From a phage: a DNA stretch of 64,000 nt. Location of the stretch: sequence record PZ179883.1; one strand, written 5' to 3'. The notes beneath the pieces are model-generated. The model saw nothing but the letters and a program-made list of their open reading frames with translations. It made no database searches and had not been told where the DNA came from. This document shows, one piece after another, positions 57,920 through 64,000 of this stretch (position 1 is its first letter; each line of letters opens with the position of its first letter). Both the position numbers and the translations under genes were made by a program.

Positions 57920-58921
57920 TTACTTAATTAACTGTAAAGCTTGTTCAAGACGATCCAGGCGATTAACAGATTCTTCCCAAATCCTTTTAGCCTGTTCATA
58001 TTCTTTCTGCGCTTTATTAGAAATTTCTAGAGCTTCTTTATAAGCTTTTTCTAATGCAATAACTTCTGGACGAATTTCTACCGATTCAGGTGAATCATCA
58101 AGATTATCCATTAGTTCCTCAAGGGTAGTTTCTTCTTTAGGAGTATTCACAATTTCTTCGCATTTTTGTTGGTAAATTTCTTTATCAGTAGGTGAGTACG
58201 CACACTTTACTTCACGAAGACTAACTACAATTTTGTATCCTTCCCAACCGCACACATTCTTAAAAGGATAAGTATGAATATTTTCGACTGTTTCCATACA
58301 AAGTAGTGCAGTCTCTAATTGACGAGTTATATCACTAGCAATTGAGAAAAATTTATTAATGTTCTTTTGATTAGCTTCTGGTGTAAAAAATTCATAATTC
58401 ACAAAAATAGCTGCTTTATTTTTATCAAGCTCATATTCTTTTATGATAATCATATCAGAAGCCCAAGGATGAATTTGACGATAATCACCATAGCATAATT
58501 TAGAAGCTGATTTTAGAATTTGCTTTTTGAAAAGTCTGAAATTACTAATCCAACGACGAGTAAAAATATTCTCAGGGTCTTCTTTATTATTAAGATGATA
58601 AGAATTAACATCACCGAACCAATTATATCCTACTACATCTTTGGTTCGTTTAATTTCTTTCCCAAAATTACCAAGAATATCCTGATTAACTAAATATGAA
58701 AGAAGACGAGAACCTTTAAAGGTTTCCTTAATATCACCTTTATCTTCGCGACTAGAAATTTTATGAACTTCATGAATAAATTTGCTGGAAGAAACAATGC
58801 TTACATCAATATTATTGAGCCATTGATTGATAATGGAAATCACGCTATTCTGACTAGACACAGGTTTAACTTTATCATCAATAACGCTGTTGAATGATTT
58901 GATATATTCATTACGAGTCAT
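57920..58921 (-). CDS. Hypothetical protein (333 aa), paralogous array member 2
   Basis: Motif LFKKQILKSASKL; C-terminal coiled coil. Confidence 0.6.
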   Translation of the reverse strand: MTRNEYIKSFNSVIDDKVKPVSSQNSVISIINQWLNNIDVSIVSSSKFIHEVHKISSREDKGDIKETFKGSRLLSYLVNQDILGNFGKEIKRTKDVVGYNWFGDVNSYHLNNKEDPENIFTRRWISNFRLFKKQILKSASKLCYGDYRQIHPWASDMIIIKEYELDKNKAAIFVNYEFFTPEANQKNINKFFSIASDITRQLETALLCMETVENIHTYPFKNVCGWEGYKIVVSLREVKCAYSPTDKEIYQQKCEEIVNTPKEETTLEELMDNLDDSPESVEIRPEVIALEKAYKEALEISNKAQKEYEQAKRIWEESVNRLDRLEQALQLIK

Positions 58922-58978
58922 ATTAATCTCCTCAGTAGAAAGTAAGAATATTATACCACATCCCTGTGGTAAAGTAAA

Positions 58979-60001
58979 CTAGTTCAGTGCATTTAGTGCA
59001 TTGTTCAGTTTAGAACGTTGCTTCGTGAGATTTTTGACTTTTTCTTGAGCTTTTTCTAGCATCTTTTCAGCTTCTAGCACTTCATTAGTTGCTTTAACGA
59101 GTTCATCATCTACTGCCTTGATAGACTTCTCAATCGCATCTGCATGCCATTTTTCAACAGGTTTAAGACTCGGATTTTCAATAGGAAGAAAATTCACTTT
59201 ATTGAATTTCCATGCATCTTTATTACCTGAACTATACATCCAAAATTTAGGATCGTTTGATGAGTAATTGGATAAATTTAAGTTATCTTGCACTTCCTGC
59301 TTTTTCTCTTGTGTGACTTCGTCCTTTCTCAAAAAATCGTATTTAAATGAAACGATCATATCAAGTTCATATGTTGTTGTATGTTCCCAATTTCGCTCAA
59401 AACGAGGTAAAATCTTAGATTGAACAGCAGCAACAACATCCATATACTTAAATGCTTCTGTTAACTGCGATTTAAGGCATTCACAAATTGAAAGAGAATT
59501 TTTTGTATTAGGTTTAAAGCTAATTCGTGCAGTTCTATTATTTTCTTTTAATGGTCTTACTTCCATCTGAAGAGTATAACCATCAAATTTCAGATTCTTT
59601 AAGTTAATATCAGAACCTTTTAATCGACTAGCCGTCGACAAAATTTGCTTTAATTGTCTACGGAACAGAGCAATAAATCTCCATTCAATACGATAATGAT
59701 TTGGATTGAAAAATCCAGATGATAAATCGACCTTACTTTGACCAACGCCTTGAACAAATAGAGGATTTTTATAATCAATAGTTTTACAGAAATCGGTGAG
59801 CTGTTCACGAGCAGTCATTTGTGTAATATACCCTGCTTTACTAAAATTACGCACCCATTCACTGCTATTCGTATACTTAAAGTGATGAATAACACGATTA
59901 ACTTTATCAGGGTCTAAATTATTTTCACACAAAAATGTCATAACATCACGAGTATAGCTGGCATTACGAACCATATCTTCAATTTGAGAACGAGTTTTCA
60001 T
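58979..60001 (-). CDS. Hypothetical protein (340 aa), paralogous array member 3
   Basis: Motif LFRRQLKQILSTASRL; C-terminal coiled coil. Confidence 0.6.
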   Translation of the reverse strand: MKTRSQIEDMVRNASYTRDVMTFLCENNLDPDKVNRVIHHFKYTNSSEWVRNFSKAGYITQMTAREQLTDFCKTIDYKNPLFVQGVGQSKVDLSSGFFNPNHYRIEWRFIALFRRQLKQILSTASRLKGSDINLKNLKFDGYTLQMEVRPLKENNRTARISFKPNTKNSLSICECLKSQLTEAFKYMDVVAAVQSKILPRFERNWEHTTTYELDMIVSFKYDFLRKDEVTQEKKQEVQDNLNLSNYSSNDPKFWMYSSGNKDAWKFNKVNFLPIENPSLKPVEKWHADAIEKSIKAVDDELVKATNEVLEAEKMLEKAQEKVKNLTKQRSKLNNALNALN

Positions 60002-60009
60002 GGTGTTCC

Positions 60010-60897
60010 TTAAGATTTAAGTAAATCAACGATTTTAATTAATTTTTCACGCTCAGATTTAGCTTTACTACTCAATCCAGATAGTCTGAAAATTTCATCA
60101 TCATATTGCTGAATAGAAATATTTAGCTCTTCAATCTGCTTATTAAAATAAGCAATTTGTTCAGAATGTTTTTCATTACTGCGAACTGGTACAGGTTTTG
60201 TAGGTAATTTAGTTGAACTGGATTCATCTGGGCGATAAATTAAAATACAACTTGAACCGATAGGGCATTTTGCACCAGATGAATATTCTAATGTTCCAGC
60301 TTCTTTTAAAACTTCAAAAGCTAAACAGAGATGATGCCCCATATTAACATAATCTGTAGAGCGAGCTCTGATGTAATAATCATCTCCACGAGTACTAAAT
60401 TTAAAGCATTTAAGGTCTTCTGTATTATTGGTCTTAAAAATCATTTGTTTATCTAGACCTTTAGCTAATCGAGCGCCTAATGCTAATAATCGTCGTTGAT
60501 TTTCCCACAAATCCGCTATCATTTGGTCAAATGATAATTTCGGCATTAGTCGACCATAAAGGTCATATCCTTTATTATAATTGCGAAGGATTTCACTCGC
60601 ATTAATACGAGACAACGCTCCAATTTTATTAAGGGCTTTCATGATGCGATTAGATAAACCCATTCCAGATCCGTTTGTTCGTTGCAAATGTTTATCTAAT
60701 CCAAACCCAATATCAACTTTAAATTTATCTAAAATTTCAGCATGAACATCTCTGTCAATAACATTCAAATCCAAAGTTGGGTTAAATCTATGAAAAAATT
60801 TATCTGGCTCTCCACGACGAAGTACAGTCCATTCATTTAATTTTTTATTAACTAAAGATTTAATTACTGCATTGACATTATTAATTACTACTGACAT
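60010..60897 (-). CDS. Hypothetical protein (295 aa), paralogous array member 4
   Basis: Motif ENQRRLLALGARLAKGL; C-terminal coiled coil. Confidence 0.6.
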   Translation of the reverse strand: MSVVINNVNAVIKSLVNKKLNEWTVLRRGEPDKFFHRFNPTLDLNVIDRDVHAEILDKFKVDIGFGLDKHLQRTNGSGMGLSNRIMKALNKIGALSRINASEILRNYNKGYDLYGRLMPKLSFDQMIADLWENQRRLLALGARLAKGLDKQMIFKTNNTEDLKCFKFSTRGDDYYIRARSTDYVNMGHHLCLAFEVLKEAGTLEYSSGAKCPIGSSCILIYRPDESSSTKLPTKPVPVRSNEKHSEQIAYFNKQIEELNISIQQYDDEIFRLSGLSSKAKSEREKLIKIVDLLKS

Positions 60898-60908
60898 ATT
60901 TTTCTCAC

Positions 60909-61313
60909 TTAATTTTCAATTTTACTAAATACACAGAATATGATGGAAAAGACTATATAAGCACCGCATACAGATTGAACTAATACCATTCCAAAGAACC
61001 AAACAATATTATCAAACAATGTCTGTTTTACGTCGAAAGGACGTAAACTTACAGTAATATTATCACCTTTTTCTATTGAAGAATACATCTCTGGGGAAAT
61101 ATATTCACTAAATCTATAACCGTCTTTGAGTTCATATACAGCAATAAACGATAAACTAGACCCCTTTCCTTGAGTTCCTGTAATAGTATTAACTACAGTA
61201 ACATCATAATCTTTATAATGCATATAATCATTAATAGCATAATAACCATATGCAACTACTACACATAAACAACATATCAATAAATTCAATCTTTTAATTA
61301 TCAACTGTTTCAT
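60909..61313 (-). CDS. Membrane protein (134 aa)
   Basis: N-terminal and C-terminal TM segments (LLICCLCVVVAYGYYAI; IVWFFGMVLVQSVCGAYIVFSIIFCVF). Confidence 0.55.
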   Translation of the reverse strand: MKQLIIKRLNLLICCLCVVVAYGYYAINDYMHYKDYDVTVVNTITGTQGKGSSLSFIAVYELKDGYRFSEYISPEMYSSIEKGDNITVSLRPFDVKQTLFDNIVWFFGMVLVQSVCGAYIVFSIIFCVFSKIEN

Positions 61314-61368
61314 AATAATCTCAATTAAAAGGGCTTAGAACCATTATACCATCCTTGGTATAAAGCGG

Positions 61369-61896
61369 TTATGCGAGTACCGTCTTTAACCGTTCTTCAA
61401 ACTTCCGAAGAGTATTTTGGCGTTCAGCTCTTTGCTTTTTGTAAGTTTCAATACGCTCTGAAATGAGAGAGTATCGTTCATTTACTGATTCTTTCATAAA
61501 ATCAGGAATTTCACGAGAAGCTTTAATCTCGTCAAATTTATCAATAACAGCTTGCTCTTCAGCAATTAAGTTATCATACATTAAAATATCTTTCTTGATG
61601 AACTCAATATCTTCTTGAGTTACACGAGACATTTTAGATGCTTTATCCTTTTTGTACTGTTCGTTAGTATCACGAGACCAGTGTAATGTACGATTTTTAT
61701 TCGTATTCTTGTAAATTTCTACAATACCGATCTCATCAATAATAACGATCCAATTCCAACGGGATTTGTAAATTTGTCCTCCATCAACAGTGATTTCACC
61801 TCCGATTGAGATGTCGTTAAAGAACTTGCTTTGCGCTTCAGATTTAAATTTGCCATCGTTGTAATTTACCAAGTTGAAAATATCTTTAGCGTTCAT
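61369..61896 (-). CDS. Hypothetical protein (175 aa)
   Basis: ORF directly downstream of an early promoter. Confidence 0.55.
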   Translation of the reverse strand: MNAKDIFNLVNYNDGKFKSEAQSKFFNDISIGGEITVDGGQIYKSRWNWIVIIDEIGIVEIYKNTNKNRTLHWSRDTNEQYKKDKASKMSRVTQEDIEFIKKDILMYDNLIAEEQAVIDKFDEIKASREIPDFMKESVNERYSLISERIETYKKQRAERQNTLRKFEERLKTVLA

Positions 61897-61921
61897 TTTC
61901 TGTTCCTCCGTAGTTGATAGT

Positions 61922-61956
61922 TGTATAGTACCACAGAGGAACAGTCTTGTAAACCA
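61922..61956 (-). promoter_or_regulatory. T4-type early promoter
   Basis: GTTTAC (rc 61949-61954) and TGGTACTAT; leader near-identical to the copy at 8556-8610. Confidence 0.6.
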
Positions 61957-62271
61957 CTAAAAGAAACTTCTTTCACAATTTTTTCCACTGAACCATGCGC
62001 TTACTGCTTTCTTAGTCTCAGGAGCAGTGTTATCCATAAACCATTCAAAGGCAGCCTTTTTATGATTCTGGAGGGCTTCTCGGGCTTTAATCTGCTCACG
62101 GTCTATTAACACTAACATATGAGCCTTTCTTGTCACCATGGGCTTCTTATGATTTTTTGAATACTCCCAGTCATTTGTCCATCGCATTGTCGTTGCGAAT
62201 TGAAATACAGCTTCTTTAATCTTAGTTTCGTAAATTTCACGAGCCTTTGAGTATAACATCATTACCTCCAT
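61957..62271 (-). CDS. Hypothetical protein (104 aa)
   Basis: ORF whose 3' end overlaps the promoter. Confidence 0.5.
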   Translation of the reverse strand: MEVMMLYSKAREIYETKIKEAVFQFATTMRWTNDWEYSKNHKKPMVTRKAHMLVLIDREQIKAREALQNHKKAAFEWFMDNTAPETKKAVSAWFSGKNCERSFF

Positions 62272-62361
62272 TCACCAGTTTAATTCTAGTCATCTTTTTG
62301 ATGGCAGTCCATATAATCTATTTCTGAACTGCCTTTTTGTCTTAGAAGGCCTCTTATGAAT

Positions 62362-63348
62362 TTATTTCAGAAGAGTAACCTCAGCGATTTCTTGCCAACC
62401 GTTTTTGTCGGTCATAATAAAGTCAGCAAGATAAAGAGCAGTACGCAGTGAAACATTGCGTAAACGATTAACATTGACTTTCATCCATGATAATGCTTTA
62501 TAAGTTTCTTCATCAGAAAGACCGCGCTTTTGCATCATGTCAGTTGAAAGAATAACATCTTCAACCCTGACCATAATTTCTTCATTAGTGTGAACACCCA
62601 AATCCAAATAAACTGAGCGGGACACCAATGCTTGTAAGTGTGGGGCAAGTTTAGTACCACGGTCTAATTCGCGGTCAATGTCAACGTTTGTGATAAAAAC
62701 AATCGTTCCTTTAAATTCAAACTCACGGTCAATGCCTTTTTCTTCTAAGTAAGAAGATGCAGTGCTCCAGCAGACTTTACGGGTCTCTCCAGTGTCCAGA
62801 GCAGCTTTTAGAAGATTAAGAATGTCCATATCAGAGAAAACATCCACATCATCAATCAAAAGGACGGAATTCTCTTCACGATTATTCCAAAGCTGTTCAT
62901 AAAGACCAATACCAGAGATTTTACCATTAATGCTTTTATATTCAATGTATCCATTATCATTTGCTTTATTTAAAGCTTTATCTAAAGAATACGTTTTACC
63001 AATACCTGCTGCGCCAGAGATAATTAATGAACGAATATTTCCATTAATAATACCGTTCGTCATCATTCCCATAACATTAAATCTTTTATTAATGCGGGTT
63101 TTCATATCTTCATATGATTCTTTAACTTCTTCAACTTTTACACCATCATATGAAATATCTGATTTGTAAACCCAAACACCGCGACGTTTACCGTCAATTT
63201 CAACAAAAACTTTACCATCTCCTTGTGCATCTACCGGAGCATTATCTGGGAACCATTCACCTAAGAGCTCAAAAGTTCCAGAGATTTCTTTACCGAAGTA
63301 GATACCCTTATTGATAGTTACAGTTTTCATTTTATTCTCCAATTTCAC
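62362..63348 (-). CDS. P-loop NTPase, AAA-like (328 aa)
   Basis: Walker A GAAGIGKT, Walker B LLIDDVD, sensor-like IVFITN. Confidence 0.65.
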   Translation of the reverse strand: MKLENKMKTVTINKGIYFGKEISGTFELLGEWFPDNAPVDAQGDGKVFVEIDGKRRGVWVYKSDISYDGVKVEEVKESYEDMKTRINKRFNVMGMMTNGIINGNIRSLIISGAAGIGKTYSLDKALNKANDNGYIEYKSINGKISGIGLYEQLWNNREENSVLLIDDVDVFSDMDILNLLKAALDTGETRKVCWSTASSYLEEKGIDREFEFKGTIVFITNVDIDRELDRGTKLAPHLQALVSRSVYLDLGVHTNEEIMVRVEDVILSTDMMQKRGLSDEETYKALSWMKVNVNRLRNVSLRTALYLADFIMTDKNGWQEIAEVTLLK

Positions 63349-63363
63349 ATTTGTTTTGATAGG

Positions 63364-63398
63364 GTAATAGTATCACACTACTACCCTGCTGTAAACAA
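63364..63398 (-). promoter_or_regulatory. T4-type early promoter upstream of the ATPase gene
   Basis: GTTTAC (rc 63391-63396) and TGATACTAT. Confidence 0.55.
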
Positions 63399-63399
63399 T

Positions 63400-63663
63400 T
63401 TATTTTAATGTTTGCCAAATTTTTACTGCTTCGCGACGAGATACTTCTACAGCTCCAAGTTCTACAGCTTTTTGGCGTCGCCGAGCGTGTAAGTCATAAT
63501 GTTTAATGCGTTTATCTTGAAACCAAGAACGTTTCATTCCTATTGCTTCTGCCATTTCGTGAAGCTCTTCAATATCTCCATCAGTGAACATATGACAATT
63601 TTTAGTTGGATGACCGCGAAGTTTCCATCCATGATTCATTAAAACATCTACGTAAACTGTCAT
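63400..63663 (-). CDS. Hypothetical protein (87 aa)
   Basis: ORF. Confidence 0.5.
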   Translation of the reverse strand: MTVYVDVLMNHGWKLRGHPTKNCHMFTDGDIEELHEMAEAIGMKRSWFQDKRIKHYDLHARRRQKAVELGAVEVSRREAVKIWQTLK

Positions 63664-63809
63664 TGATTCTTCTCCAAATAAGTTTCGATAATTTTCTGAG
63701 CGAGATAAACTGCATTATCTTCAGTTGCATCTTCTAAGAAACTTTCAAAACACTCTGAAATTTCTTCTGTGTCAATCAACTTTTTTACTTCAATTGGTGT
63801 AATTTTCAT
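63660..63809 (-). CDS. Small acidic protein (49 aa)
   Basis: ORF-track ORF trimmed to the ATG at 63809 downstream of the promoter. Confidence 0.4.
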   Translation of the reverse strand: MKITPIEVKKLIDTEEISECFESFLEDATEDNAVYLAQKIIETYLEKNQ

Positions 63810-63845
63810 TTTGTTTTTCCGTTTAAGTGTTTGTTTTGATAGTTG

Positions 63846-63878
63846 TATAGTACCATAAAGCTTTATGCTTGTAAACAA
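63846..63878 (-). promoter_or_regulatory. T4-type early promoter
   Basis: GTTTAC (rc 63871-63876) and TGGTACTAT. Confidence 0.6.
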
Positions 63879-63906
63879 TTTTGTGAAAAATTTTTGAAAT
63901 AAAAAA

Positions 63907-63924
63907 GGGAGCCCGAAGGCTCCC
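63907..63924 (-). terminator. Rho-independent terminator
   Basis: GGGAGCC-CGAA-GGCTCCC preceded on + by A6 (U-run on - strand). Confidence 0.65.
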
Positions 63925-64000
63925 TATCATTTATAATAACTTCGGTGGTTTTCAAGATAAACCCTCTCAAGGAAGTCATCCCAAAAACCCATGTCTACTT

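Overview
This 64 kb window is a contiguous segment of a T-even (T4-like, Tequatrovirus) phage genome of the T2/T6 type. The first ~2.2 kb carries late genes on the + strand: the 3' end of tail-fibre gene 37, a T2-type gene 38 adhesin with glycine-rich motifs, and holin t. The rest is the densely packed early/middle region on the - strand, read from high to low coordinates: nrdC and an upstream block of unknown-function genes, pin-like, 49, nrdD, nrdG, nrdH, 55, alpha-gt, 47, 46, rpbA, 45, 44, 62, regA, 43, imm, 42, a homing endonuclease, a glycosyltransferase, uvsX, 40, 41, dmd, sp, 61, dam, 56, soc, modB, modA, dda, dexA, motB, 39, rIIA, rIIB, denB, ndd, stp, 52, motA, arn, asiA. Many genes show ATGA/TAATG start-stop overlaps. 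At least 17 T4-type early promoters (GTTTAC, ~18 bp spacer, TGnTAtaAT) and recurring GNRA/CGAA-tetraloop hairpins punctuate the - strand. No tRNA, rRNA, CRISPR array or transposon was seen. Named gene calls rest on my recall of T4 protein sequences and on motifs visible in the translations; no database search was possible, so names for small ORFs are positional guesses. The most interesting items are: a PD-(D/E)xK nuclease-like gene coupled to dam, a tandem array of four paralogous coiled-coil proteins plus a P-loop ATPase upstream of nrdC, a GIY-YIG endonuclease and non-T4 glycosyltransferase at the bgt locus, a duplicated gene 3' end next to gene 49, and a convergent small membrane-protein gene next to gene 61.
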